Below the pieces are notes generated by a model. It was not told the origin of the DNA and did not search any database. It worked only from the letters and a program-made list of their open reading frames with translations. DNA of 52,314 nt, the filler included, from Sphacelaria rigidula (Eukaryota), in assembly GCA_964200075.2 (NCBI GenBank). It is 3 parts of 3 records of this genome, joined end to end, with 100 filler letters (N's around TTAATTAATTAA, not from the genome) between each part and the next. Parts side by side here need not be neighbours in the genome. Positions count along the whole stretch, not along the records: positions 34,948 to 52,314 come from CAXNAA020001098.1; 2 more parts are not named here. One strand, given 5' to 3'. How positions within the stretch are numbered: the stretch's first letter is position 1; every line of letters starts with the position of its first letter. Of the stretch, positions 37,901 to 50,917 are shown piece by piece. A program made the position numbers and the translations under genes.

Positions 37901-40900
37901 CGCAGTAGCATCGGAACATAAATACGTACGGGGGCATCGCCCAACAAACGGGCGTGACTAGTTGTGGATTTCCCTCCAGGAGGGTTCGTGGGAGGCCGGT
38001 GAACTAAAAGTACAACGCCATTATCATCCGTATAAAGCATGCCTTTACGCGATAATTCAGTAACTTCATCCTGTGTGGTGGCTCGGTGGGGCCCTACTGG
38101 CAAAAGGAACCCAATTTCTGGAAAGGGGGAGGGGCATCCTTTGGATAGATAATGTATAGCTGCTCTACAAACAGGTTCAGCTTGCTGTTCCCGGGCCCAA
38201 TCGGCGTGAGAAAAGAGGTTCAGTTCCTTGAATACACTGTCGGAGGGGTTGTCCAAAACGCAGGGGATCGAATCGCCGTGGGATAGACACGAGGCGTTGT
38301 TTGGATCAAGGTCAGAAGGGGTGGTCAGTGTATGCTCAAACGGAACGTTCACCTCTATTCCTACGTTGTGGAGGGTGTCGGATGGTGTGGTACCGAAGGT
38401 GGTACCATCACGGGGTGGGAAAGGCACAGTCGACGTCTCGACTATGGTGGACAGAGATGGTTTGGAAGGTGTCAATTTTCTGGGGGCTTTGCGCCGTGGA
38501 GGTAACGGGGGCGCAAGAAGGCTATCGGGGACTGTAATGGGGTTGGGGATTGGGAGGTCTGGACCGGCTGCTACCAGGGCGGCAGCCGTTTCCGCGGCCC
38601 GGCGTCCTCGGGTCCGGCTCAAGATGAGGTCTCGGACTTGAACCGGGAGGACGCAGTCAGTAGAAACCGGCTCTACAGCGCAAACCAACCGATGACCAGA
38701 CGCACGAAATTGATCATACCCGCCGGTAGTTGCACGAATTTCACTCCTAACTGAACACAACGATCGTGGAGCCAAACTGCCCAATACAGAAGCGTGAGCC
38801 GAAGGCGTCAGCTTATTTTCAATAAGTGCCGAGTTGTGGTTCAGTAAGAATGGCCTAGGAACTCGATGCGTGTGGCTCCAATGCGGGATTTAGATGGGGC
38901 GAGCTTCAAATTGTGTTGTTTAAAACGAGCAAAGAAGGACGCTAAGTGTTCGACGTACTCAGCAGGTGTACTGCCGTGAACCACCGCATCGTCGAGGTAC
39001 ATGCGGCATTTGGACAGTCCATCAATGACGCGAAACACCACACGTTGAAACGCTCCTGGGGCGCCAGCGGCACCTTGTGGAGTGACCAGTCACTCATATA
39101 GACCTGATGGGGTGCAAAACGCCGTCAGCTCGATAGAGTGCGGATGCATCACCAGTTGGTCGTAACCGGACTGCATGTCGAAGTTCGAAAAAACTTTTCC
39201 CCCGCCGAGGGAGTCGATGATTTCATCAATCCGGGGAAGAGGTAGACGCGCGATTTTGGTGACTGCGTTCAATCGTTGATAATTGACGATCAGTCGGATC
39301 TCACCATTCTTCTTCCGGACGACTACCAAAGGCGAGGCCCACGGAGACGTTGAGTGCCGTATGAACCCGGCGGACAAGCATTCGTCGGGAATTACTTGAA
39401 TTTTACCCGCTAGAAGAGGGTTTGTACGGTACGGGCGCATGGCGATAGGTGTCGTGCCATCAGGAATGTTGATTTTGAACGGTATAGTGTTGCAGCGTCC
39501 TAAATCTGTTGACGATTTGGAAAACCGTTCAGAGTACCGTATCAAGATGGAGCGCAACCAATCAGTCACCGTGGGTGTCCAACCCTCACCAGATGAATCA
39601 AACGCAATGTGTCTCAAATGGGGGAGAATTTCATCCCATAATCGTTGAAAACTAACACGTTGCTCTGGCGAGAATGTATCTAGTAAGGCAGTCGGAGGGT
39701 TTGTGTCAGGCGCATCAGTCGATTCGTCTACAACCATGGGATCAGTCTTGTCGAACGAAGTGGAACCGTTTGTCTCTGAGCTGTCTGATGATGTTTGCGG
39801 TTTTACCTTCAGACATACATTCGACAAGGCTGCCCGTAGGAGGGGCGCTTGAGCAAAACCCAACAACTGACCAGGGAGGACATCGAGACATGCAGAGGAC
39901 GTGAGGGGAATGGATTGCCGACCCTCATGGACAAATACATCGGTCTGATCAAAGGGGGGAATACTGTCTGGGGTTTGGTTGGGATTGGTTAAGTCGACCA
40001 AGCACTGTCCAGTGAGGGCGCGGGATCCGTTCCGTCTCACAAGATTCACATGAATGTGTTGAGGTTCACGGGACAGAGAGACGACGTGGTCTCCAACATG
40101 ATACAGTCGAAAAGCATTACCTGTTTGTGTTGGGTCATCGACATCGGCCTGAGCCCCTGGATCAGCGTCGTGATGTCCCAATTTCAATCTGCCTGTCAGT
40201 AGTCGGTTCAAAACAGGTGAGTTTGTCGTGTATGTATGTGTGGAAAAACGTAGCCAGCTATCACGTCCCAAGAGAATATCAACCGACATGGAACCATCGG
40301 GCACAATGAGTGCCCACACAGCTAATCGTGCAGTGGGACCCGTGTCATCGAAGAAGTGCACACTGAGTCGTACTGTTTGATCAACCGTAAGTGGAGTGGA
40401 GGCACTAAACCCGCCAAAAACACGAGGCGGAACAGTAGAAAGGCAACGTTTGTCTGCTGCTCCAGCGTTCATCATGTGTTGCCAGCAGCTGGCTGTGATG
40501 AAAGTTTGTGGCGAGCCAGTGTCGGGCAGTGCAACGGCCATCAAAGGGCGCGTTGCATGCACTCCACTATGTACACCTATTCGGGTTGTGAAGGAGGCGT
40601 CATACATTAGTGCAGTTCCACTTACCAAGTCGGGTCCGTTTTCCCACAAGTGATCTGCAGCCACATCGCTCTTGTGTTGTTGGGCAATGGTACTAAAATA
40701 GACTCGAGATTGATCCTCCGGAACAAATGTGTTTCCCGAAGGGTCGTCGTGGCACGGGGGGGTTTGCATGGCGTGTGGTGCAGTAGACAAAAGTTGGATT
40801 TCGCACACAGTCAGGGATGGACGACGCCTAGGAAAGGAAGTGGATGTGGATGTGCGCAATAATTGTTTGAAGCTATGAGAAACAGGGGAGAAACAGCCGT

Positions 40901-42490
40901 GATTGTACTGCAATTTTGACGGCACAGCCGGGTTTTGTCCGGCACCATGAGGCATACATGCAGGGCGTAGCGGGTTTACTGTCCCTACAGTTGTCAACGC
41001 TACTTTATTCTTCAACATAGATTCCGAGGGGTCGGCAGGAAGCGGTGCTGATCTGTTCGGGATCTGGGAAACACCGACCTGTTCTACGACAAGGCCTTCA
41101 TCCGCTGTGACCGGCACCCGGGCACCTTCTTGGTGGGCGGATGCAGCTTCAACGACAGGTTTATTTACAGTTTCATCCGGAAGAGCCCTCTCCTGGTTTC
41201 GCGTATAGCGCACTCTAGAGCCGGCTGTTCCAGGGGCTTTTGGGAAGTTGACAAGGTCAGTCCTTTCGTGGCTACACGCGTGGCGCTTGGTCGGCACTGT
41301 CGCTTGGGGTTCCTTCCCAACCCGCTGAGCTACGGAAAGCAAGGGTTCGGCACTGGCGCGCGTAGTGCACGAGAAATTACGCTCACCAAAAAGAAGGGGA
41401 CCGGGCACACGCGGAATTTCGCACGCGTATTACCGGGTTCGACTGGACTCCTGAGTCCTTCTCGGGGCTGGGGAGTTTCTGTAAACGTTTCATCCTACGA
41501 TGAGCGGTCGTAGTGGTTACAGCTACCGTATCAGGAGATGTTCCTGCTTCTAAGGCGGCAGGCGCTACGCTACACGACTGCCAATTCCGCGGGGCGATCG
41601 GATCCAACTGGCATTGATTACGACCACTCGGAAATACAACTGGGTGATCAGATCCAGTATGAAAACACTGGGGTTGGTCATTGCGCATTAGGGAATCGAA
41701 GCTGTGTAATTACCGTGGTGTATTACACCGCTAAATCATGTACACAAATATCAAGTGAAAACGAGAGCCAAAAATACAAGGTTTTCGAGAGAAAACCGTG
41801 AGCTGGTGTTCGGCTGTGTGTGAGCAGCGGCCGATCGAAAGAGAACCGTACAGCTTGTATGAAACAAGCTACCTCTGAAGTCCTATGAATGTGGAAGTAT
41901 AAGCAACTACCGCAAGCAGTAGTGCCGTATACACCGAACGCAAGCAAGCCATACCCTTGTGGGGTGTGGGCAGGCGGTCCTGTTTTCGACTTGCTAACCC
42001 AAACTGCTGTTTCTCTCTCTCAATACAATAGCCCAGCTGTCGAAGTGGGAACAGCCCCAAAGCCAGCAAACAAGTAACAATGGTGAATGAGGGTAGAAAT
42101 ACAGCACTGCTAAGACTCATGTCAAAGCTGTGGACTCGCGACACTGAAGACAGGAGATCGGTGGGTAGCTGATGAGTGAAGCTCTTCTTTATATCCAATG
42201 AGGCCTGAAGGCTGTAGTCGGGGTTTTCGAGTGGGACAGGGGGGTAGAGCAGCTGCCCATACATCCGTCTGCCCCGCAAACAAATCTCGTCATAATACAA
42301 AAGCACCGTGACGCGCCGTACCTTTAGGTAATCAAGGCTGTAGTAGTAGCAGGTACACGCGGCTAATCGGGTACAATCCATCTACCTTCAACCCGCTGCG
42401 TCAACAATACAAGGATCGAATCCTGTCTCATACAAACACACATTCGACTAGAATATTTCCATACCCGCTGGTCGTTTCTAGGGACCATCT
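34948..42490 (-). mobile_element. Ty3/Gypsy LTR retrotransposon A (chromodomain-bearing, decayed, internally deleted; LTR pair not visible)
   Basis: Domain order PR-RT-IN-chromo on the minus strand. Decayed gag-like region ~41400-42470. Possible PBS TGGTCCCTAG near 42478-42487. 3' end runs into the gap; both boundaries are approximate. Confidence 0.85.
36026..41408 (-). pseudogene. pol: pol of element A: protease, partial RT, integrase, chromodomain, extra C-terminal domain
   Basis: PDTGS..DILLGRD (protease); SPWASPLVVVRKK, LPLPRIDE, TAFCTPSGLYE, YLDD, EFLGH (RT); H..HLG..CLLC, TDRFSR, LLSDNG (integrase); EVDRILGH..YQTHWKG..TWD (chromodomain). Several stops and frameshifts. Confidence 0.9.
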
Positions 42491-42833
42491 GCATATCCAC
42501 AAGGAACTAGTTCTAATTCAGGCACTCAGTCATTTACCATCACAGAAATAGATAAAAAAAATGCTGACAAAACCCGAAAAGTCTGATGTGCTTCGTTGGG
42601 TTCGTATACCTGCTTCTGCTCCTTGCCCGTTCTGTCCCGATGGCCTCAGATGCCGGAGGGCATTGTTTCGACAATTAAAATTATCCTGATTTTGTTTTTT
42701 TTCTGTGAACTTTGTTGCAAGGAATTGATCAATGAACATTGACAAAATCCGAAACTTTTGGCGGGCTTTGCGGGGTGTATATTTGCTTCTGCTCCTTTAA
42801 ATATATATATATATGTGTGTGTTCTAATATAGG

Positions 42834-43200
42834 TGTGGAGATGGCCATTTAGGCATGTGCGGAGAGATTTCCTTTCATGACGTGTAACCTAGTGAACGGC
42901 TGTTACAGGGGTATGGTCGCAGTAGCCCCGAAACTTCCATATCTGTACAGCCGGATCTGGGACCCCAAGGTAACACGGATCTTCCCAGCGAACTGCTGGC
43001 TATCCCTGGGGATCATTCTTGACCAAGACTCTCAGACTTCATCATCGGGCTAACTTGCTCGCGCTCGTCGAGCTTTCCCGAGTGATCCACTTTGCCTCAA
43101 CCCCACGACTTACGGTCAATCCTTGACTACATAACCCGAGGGAAATCATCGGCCACCTTCGCCGGTTTCTACCGTCACCGGGAGTCCCACGACTTCCACA
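42834..43200 (+). repeat. 5' LTR of element B
   Basis: TGTGGAG..TTCCACA; 13 substitutions vs the 3' LTR by manual count (~96.5% identity). Confidence 0.96.
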
Positions 43201-43201
43201 T

Positions 43202-43214
43202 TGGCGAACACCAG
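43202..43214 (+). promoter_or_regulatory. Primer binding site of element B
   Basis: TGGCGAACACCAG, 1 nt after the LTR; priming tRNA not identified. Confidence 0.7.
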
Positions 43215-43276
43215 TTTCAGACAAGTGCGCGAGACCCTCGGATTTGTTTTTTCTACCCCGTTATACATCATTCATC

Positions 43277-45295
43277 ATAGGGAGGAACAACAACAAAAAC
43301 AGCGGAAGCAGCAGCGGCGGGTCAACGGGCGCAGGCGCAGACGCGTCTTCGTCCTCTCCTGCCCAGCCGACGTTTGCTCAAGTAGCACAGGCACCGACCC
43401 CGGAAAAATCAGCTGCCTCGCCCGCGACCCCCTCGTCGTCCACGCCAGCCGCGCCCTCGTCGTCGTCCAAGCCTGGGGTTTCTTCGTCCCCCTCGGAGGA
43501 AAAATCCGACAAAGGCAAGAAGAGGGCACGTGACCCTGAGGGGAGGACACGCTCCCAGGCCGGCAATGCCCCCAGCGACCGGGGCAACCGCTTTTCTCTC
43601 CTCCGCGAGGAGAATGAAAGCAGCTCCGGCCTTGGCGACACGGATCCCGAAAACGTGGGCAGGACTCCCTCATCGAGAGCCGTCACCTTTTCCGATCCAG
43701 TGCCAGGACACATCAAAGAGGCAACTCAAAAGGTAGCCTTGAAAACTATGGAGCAACACTTCAACAAGGGGACGGACCCTCCTGAGTGGGCTTTGCGAGC
43801 GCTGGGGATGCTGGACTCCCCTCAAGATGTGGTCCAGCAAGTACACCAGGTGAACCATGGGGCGGCAGTGGAACAGCCAAACTTGGAGGTAGAAGTAGTG
43901 AGGGGTACTTCCGTACATCTACGTCGCGGTGATCATGCACCTAATGACACGACGCCGCCAAGCTCTCGTAGTGTACAGGCACCAACCACGCCACCTCGAT
44001 TGTCCCGGGCGACTAATAATGTAGTAGATCAAGTCACTGCACAAAATCATTCGCCTGGCACAAACTCTCAAACCTCGCTGACTTCCACCCAAGTTCACCC
44101 GAGCAACGTAGGTTACGCATCCACTACGAACCAACAGGTGATCAGTAGTCCTCAGACATTACTCATGTGCCTGGCGGAAATTTTTCACCCCAAAGGGCAC
44201 CAAATTTGACCTCCTCGCATGAAAACCAAAATCGATCAAGTGCTATCGACAATATAGTACACACTCCTCGATTCACGCTCAAGCAAAACGATCTCGGTTC
44301 TAACATGGTTTTGAGAGGACTACCAACTGAAGACATTCCAACGATAATGCGACAGTACCGGTCCCGAGTTGAAATTGACTCGCAGGATCAATGCACGCGA
44401 GAGGAAATCGATCGCTGATGCATCAAGCATTTACAGCTCTTACTGAGGGACACAGCTCTCGACGCCTACACAGATCTCGCAACCGGTACCTTAGAATGGT
44501 GGACAGAGGCGAATCTCGAAGCCCTTCGGGCACAAAGAGTTGAAGTATCTACCAGGGCCCCCGCATCATGGGACGAGTGGGTCGATGCTAATACGAATTT
44601 ATACTCTGAACCTAATCGCATTGGAATCCTCGCCCGGGCGGAGCTCAAGTTTAAGGACCACCACACTGTAGACTCCTATGTGCTAGAAGTGTCCAAAGCA
44701 CACTCTCGTTTTTACGCAGAGGCCGCACGAGTCACGCCATATGGTAGGGACCCAGTTAGCTTCGCACGGGAAGCCAGCCAGACGGCTGCGTTTGAAGTAG
44801 GATTCCCGCCACATATCAGGGTTGAAATCGTACGCGAAGATCCAACTCATAGCTTTCAGGTTGCAAGAGCCCGCGTAAAAAAAACACGAAACCAATTATT
44901 TGCGCGGGACTCAGCCAGAAATTTCCAATCCCTCTCCGACCCACGTTTCATCTCTCGCCATGCACAGCTCCTCTCAGCTCGCGGAAACAGTCGCCGATCA
45001 AGGGCAGCAAATTGAAACATTGTTGAGAGAGAAACGGTGGGCTGGCGGAGACCGCGGAAGGTCGAAAAAACGTTCTTCACACCCGGGGGACAAAACGGGC
45101 CCATCACCTTCTCCCAGTGAGACAGCAAAACGTAGTCGGTCAGTGAGTAGAAGGCGTGGAAGAAATGATAGTCAATCAAGAAAAAAAGGCGAGCGTTGCA
45201 CATACAAGCCGTGCAGGTTCAAACACAATCGTTCCATAGAAGACTGTCAACTAGCGAAGAAACATAAAGAGCAGCTGTTAGCGTTAGGTGTTTGA
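43277..45295 (+). pseudogene. gag: gag of element B (interrupted)
   Basis: Low-complexity S/P/A-rich N-terminus directly after the PBS; basic C-terminus with a knuckle-like CTYKPCRFKHNRSIEDC; several stops and frameshifts. Confidence 0.65.
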
Positions 45296-45799
45296 TGGTG
45301 CCCAGAGCAGGGGTCCTCGCCCAGCGAAGGGACACGTGTACAAGCGAAAAGAGCAACTACCGTGCAGTCTGTCGGAAACGTTTTCAAGGTAGCAAGCGTG
45401 ACGCAGAAGTACAGAAAATCGAGGGAAAATATTGTGCACCACGAAATGAGTGTGGACCCTCTGGTGGGAGATAACAAGGGCAAGAAACGTGTGCGGTTTG
45501 CCTGCCAAGGCGTATCTTGTTTTGTGAGGTCATGTAAGAGAGTACATGTGGAAAGGGTGACAGTTGCAACGGCTAGAACAAAAGAGCAAATGGGGAATAC
45601 AACAGGTCAAGATCAGATGTTACGTGGGAAGCATCGCCACCTAGAAATTGCGCCCCAAGCTGCTTTTGTAACCAAGACGTCTCGGAAAAATAATGAAAAG
45701 CACAGATCCAATTTTTTCCCCTCAGGCTCGGCAGACTTCGAGCCTTTCTCCATGTCTTCGTTAGCCCGCTACCCTAGGAAGCCGGCAACATTACGACTT

Positions 45800-48700
45800 G
45801 CATCAGCAAGAGTACAGGTACCCGCCAGAGTCAACGGAATGGAGGTTCCGGCCATAGCCATTGATACTGCTTCGAATCTTCCCATAGTCAGTCTCAAGTT
45901 TATTCGTGCACATCCTACTTTGAGAGAGCAGCACATTTAATCCGTCTTATCGCGTTCTATAGTTCTACGAAGTGCTGACGGTCCCCCAATCACGATAAAG
46001 GGATTTATTCGCTTTGACCTTACGCTGGGTGACATAACCTTGCCCGTCGAGGCATTTTTCCTCAGGAATCTCGGGCCAGATCTCATGCAGATAGAGAATT
46101 CGGTGATGAGCGCATTTGGCGAGATTCTCGATTGGCAGGAAGAAACCCTGGCGTTTTGTAGTTCAACAGTTTGTCTAACAGCTACTCATCGAAGAAAAGA
46201 CAGAAAATTTCATCCGAAGTTTTCAGAATATGATTATTGTTCTGTCATACGGGTAGCAACGACTGAAAATGTACCGGTGTATCTTTCAAAAAGATGCTCC
46301 GTCCCGCCGCGAAGTGAGATGACTCTCCTGATCGAAACTAATGAGCCGCCAAAACTCACGACTGAAGCGATCATTGAGCCAAGAATTGTAACCAGGGAAG
46401 ACCTCCAATCCAACAAAGTACCGGATGCTTTTAGCCGCTTCGTTGTAGCACGCACAGCCTGCACCTGGTCAGCGGTCGACAAAGCAGCTATGGTACAAGT
46501 AGCAAACCCGTCGAATAGACACATCCAACTCCCAAGAAATTTACTTTTGGGACACATCACACAAGTCGAAAAAAATGATCCGACGGGAAACGCCGGTGAA
46601 ATTTAACAAGTTGAAGCAAATAAGCCGACGGAAAACGTCAGTACAATTCACAAGCTGAACGGAAAAATACTGACGCCCGAGAAGAACTGACAACAGCGCT
46701 CCAAAATGGATTCAGATATAGCATGTTTTCTGAAAATCAGAAGAGCCAAGTGCTCGACCTATGCATCAAATATAGGTCCGTCTTCTCACTGTCACAACAA
46801 GAATTAGGTTGTTGTACAATTGGGGAAGCAACTTTCCCCCTTGTCCCGGGCACCAAGCCCGTCGATCGGGCCCCGTACAGAGCCAACCCCAGAATTCAAG
46901 AAGTCATCGACAACTATGTACAGGGGATGGAAAAAGACGGAATAATCGAACAACGACCCAGCCCATGGGGCTCGGCAGTGACGATCGTAGCTAAACATGA
47001 TGGTACCGCCCGATTTTGTTTTGACTACAGATCGACGCTCAATAAAAGTCTTGTGCGAAATTCATGGCCAATGCCTAATTTGGAAAGCCATGTGGATACG
47101 GTGGCAGGTGCCAAATTTATCTCTGTCTTTGATGTACAGAGCGCGTTCCATCAGATCCCAATAGCGGAGGAGGAGAAAGAAAAAACGGCCTTCGTTACAG
47201 AGAAAGGTAAGTGGGTTTTCAACAGGCTACCGTTCGGCCTGGCATCTTCCCCGTTCATTTTTTCGCGAATAATGGCTCTTACTTTCTCACACTTTGGACC
47301 CAGGAGCGATCTCTTGGTGTACATGGATGATTTGATCGCCTGCTCCTCCACATGGGAAAGTCACCTCACTCTACTGGAAGACATGTTCCAAGTACTGCAA
47401 AAAGCAGGTCTTACCCTAAAGCCCTCTAAAGCACAGTTTGGTCCCAAGGAGGTCAAGTACCTCGGCTACACTTTGTCCGCCGACGGGATCAAACTTGGGG
47501 AAGACCGCGTAAAGGTCATCTTAGATTTACCTACACCAACGAACATCAAACAATTACGTTCAGTGTTAGGGACGATTAATTTTCTGAGGAAATTTATTGC
47601 GAATCTCGCACAGGTAATTGCTCCGTTGGTAGATCTAACGAAAAAAGAGGCAGCCAAGGAAGTAGAAAAACGCTGGAATCACGAACATGATTCAGCTTTT
47701 GCCGAAGTAAAAAGTCTTCTCACCACCGCTCCTGTCCTTCACTTCCCGGACTTTTCAAAGGAGTTCACCATTCAAGTTGACGCGTCTGGAGAGGGTGCTG
47801 GGTCGGTGCTCACCCAAGATAAAGGGGGCAAAACTGCAACCGCAGCGTATTTCAGTCAGCGTTTCAATCATGCTCAGCGGCACTACTCTGCTACACTCAA
47901 AGAATGTTATGCAGTTGTAATAAGTATACGACACTGGAGGCCCTTTTTATAGGGAAACATTTCACGTGTGTGACAGACCATGCAACACTACGGTACCTCT
48001 ACTCCATCCAAGACACGAGCAATATGTTGACAAGATGGGCGATAGCTTTTACAGTCCTTTGACTTCACTGTGAAGCACAAACCGGGAAAATTAAATATCG
48101 TTCTGGACACTCTGTCTAGGCTCTTTCGGTTTGAAGAAGACCAGAATAATGAGGTCAAACCCCTGCTCGCGCCAATTGGTCGGAACGTCCCAGAGGATCC
48201 CAAATTGCACGTGAAGAAACGGCACCAACCGTTTCAAATTTCAGCGGATAACTTGGATAATCTCGAACCAGTACAGAGCGACAGAGAGCTGTTTACCGTC
48301 AATGCTACCCACACAAGCGCTACACATTTTTTCACGTCTGTAAACAAAGACAAGTTGCGAACCGAAGAGGCAAAATAATATGGCTCTTATTTTCAATATC
48401 TGACAGACGACGACGCACCGTTACCGGAAAAGGAGACACTGACTTCTATGTCCTACTTTTTGCTCCGTGACGGTATTTTGTTCAGGTCATACTTGCCAGG
48501 GAACCTTCGAAAAAAAGGCACCGACCGCGATAGACTAGTGCTACCAGAAGCTCTGGTTAATTTCGTTCTGCACTCCTATCACGATCATGTGTTGTCTGGA
48601 GGTCACCTTGGATTCAAACCGACGTATGAAAAGATTAAGAACAAATATTATTGGCCGACATTGAGCCAAGATGTGCGAAAGTGGTGTCAACGTTGCCACT

Positions 48701-49938
48701 CATGCCAGAGAAGAAAGACGGCCCATAACCGTCCGAAATTGCCTGTTGGCCACGTACCTGTGAACAGACCTTGTGAGCGGATATCGATAGATCTTGTCGA
48801 ATACAAGACGATTTCAAATTCGTCAGCCGGCGTGCCGTGTAAGTATGTAATGTCTGTGATGGATCATCTGACACGATGTGCACTGTTTATTCCCATACCG
48901 AACAAGTCCGCCAATACGGTGGCAAGAATGTTGGTAGACCGTGTCTTCACGACGTTTGCGATACCCGAAAACTTAATTCTGATCGCGGTAAAGAGTTCGA
49001 GAACCGGGTGATACACCAGTTGCAGTTGATCTTGAAGTTTGACAAAACACGCACGACACCATTCCGCCCTCAAGGCAACTAAACTCTGTTTCAGAACGCG
49101 TACACTCAAATTTGCACGCTATGTTAGCCATGCATAGTACGGTCGAACAAGACAACTGGGCGTCTATACCACCCTTCGTGCAAATGGCGTAAAATACATC
49201 ATTCAACAACATCTCAGTGCAAGACACACCCTATTTTGTCATGTACGGACGTCAACCAAAATTACCTGTCAACATTAGTGTGGGCATTTCCGAAAAAGAG
49301 CACGCTGTGGATGCTGAACAATACGCGAAAGAGACAAAAAAAACTTGCAGATAGCTTTTGAAATAGCAAGACGCAACTTGAAAAAACGAGCAGACAGACA
49401 AAAGGCAAGCAATGATAAGCTCAAGCCATATCCTGTCTTTAACCCTGGCCAACAAGTGCTACTGTTCAGGCCACACCAAGACACAGACGGTCCTGATCCA
49501 ACGTTGGTATTACTATGGCGGGGGTCATACAAGACCGTCAAACAAATTTCTCCGGTTGTTTATAAGGTCAAGATTAGCGAAGATGCGAAAGAGACGTCGG
49601 CACACCTTGCTCACCTTCAGCAATATTATCCACGAGAACGACCCCCAGCTCCCGAGTTTGACCGACTCGACGAGTATTTCCTAGGCAAAAAACTACCCCT
49701 GCCCCAACTTGACCGTCCGGAAGTAACAAAACCAAGAATTGAACGTTACATCGTTGACAAGGTGGTGGGCCACAAACGAGGTCCGGGAAGAAAGAGCCAT
49801 CAAAATTACAAGTACCGTCTCCGTCTTCAAGGCTACGGGCCGTCAGTAGACTTGGAGTACCGAGCGGACAGAATGCCACAATGTCAACAACTCATCAACG
49901 CGTATCGAATAAAACACAAGTTGGATAATACGCGCTAA
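45800..49938 (+). pseudogene. pol: pol of element B: protease, RT, RNase H, integrase, chromodomain
   Basis: IAIDTAS; SPWGSAVTIV, KTAFVT, RLPFGL, YMDD; VDASG..YSATLKECYAV; HDH..GGHLG..CHSC, IDLV, VMDHLTR; YIVDKVVGHK..YRLRLQGY. Stops at ~45938, 46604, 47950, 48376 and later frameshifts. Confidence 0.93.
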
Positions 49939-50335
49939 TTTGACTCGCCATCTTAAAATTCGAAAAAAAAAAAAGGAGAGAGAAAAATATAAGGCGAGCT
50001 GAAAAAAACATCGTGTCATGCTTACACGACCAACAGAATGTCTGAAAAAAAAAGAAGCGTATAAAATCAAACCAAGTTGAATAATACGCGCTAAGATGAC
50101 TCGCCGTCCCCAGAATTCGTAAAAAAATTAAATCAATAAATTAAGGCGGGCTGCAGTACTTTTTCGTGTCAGGCCTACACGGCCAAAATAATATTCAGAC
50201 ATGAACGCGCATTAAATCAGTTCAAGATAACGTTATACGCGCTAAGTTGACTCGCCGTGTCATAAATCCGGAGAAAAGAGAAAAAATTATAAGGCGAGCT
50301 GGAAAAAATAATCGTGTCATACCTACACGACTAAC
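49895..50335 (+). repeat. Three ~151-156-bp tandem units overlapping the pol stop, with conserved inverted-repeat stems
   Basis: TACGCGCTAA at 49929, 50085 and 50236; each unit has CTCGCC..GGCGRG and TCGTGT-N7-ACACGR. Confidence 0.85.
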
Positions 50336-50901
50336 AATAACATCGGGACAGACCTCACGATCGAAAACAGATCGACGGTGAAGAGAGACTTGGATTTTGA
50401 ATCAAGCTCTTATCAGCATAAGGGAAACTTGCTGACAAGCATTGTCGTAAAAAGCTCTTTCTACTCTGAGCAAAATGCTTCGAGAAAAGAAAAGCACATT
50501 TTTTCCACCGCTGTACCCGATATCATTTCTCCCTGGTTACCTAATATATCACGCGGCCACCATACCTCCACTCCTCTGCAAGTCATGAGCGGACTTTATT
50601 GGCACAGACCGTCGGATACGGTAATCTGTGTAAATCGTTCAGCTGATCACTGAACGAAAGTTGCACGAAATTTAATGGAAAACAAACTATTTTCCAATTT
50701 TTTCTTTACACGAGCCTGAAGGAGAACGTCGATAAAATTCATTGGTTAGTGTTTCTCAACACCCAGTATAGAGGATATGGCGCGTTCAACTCCAGGCTAC
50801 TATAAAATTATCTCAGATAAACACAAAAATTAGACTCCCCAAAAATTATCATTCTCCCGAATGCCCGCCACGAGCCTTCACAGATGGCCTCGCGGCGCAT
50901 C

Positions 50902-50917
50902 AAAGGGGGGGGGGTGA
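50902..50917 (+). promoter_or_regulatory. Polypurine tract of element B
   Basis: AAA followed by a G-run then TGA, abutting the 3' LTR. Confidence 0.9.

Noticed and set aside
49929-50035. Hammerhead ribozyme reading of the element B repeat unit
   Set aside because: Superficially similar order (CTAANNTGA-stem-CTGAAA), but the CUGANGA/GAAA core and NUH site are not matched in the three copies.
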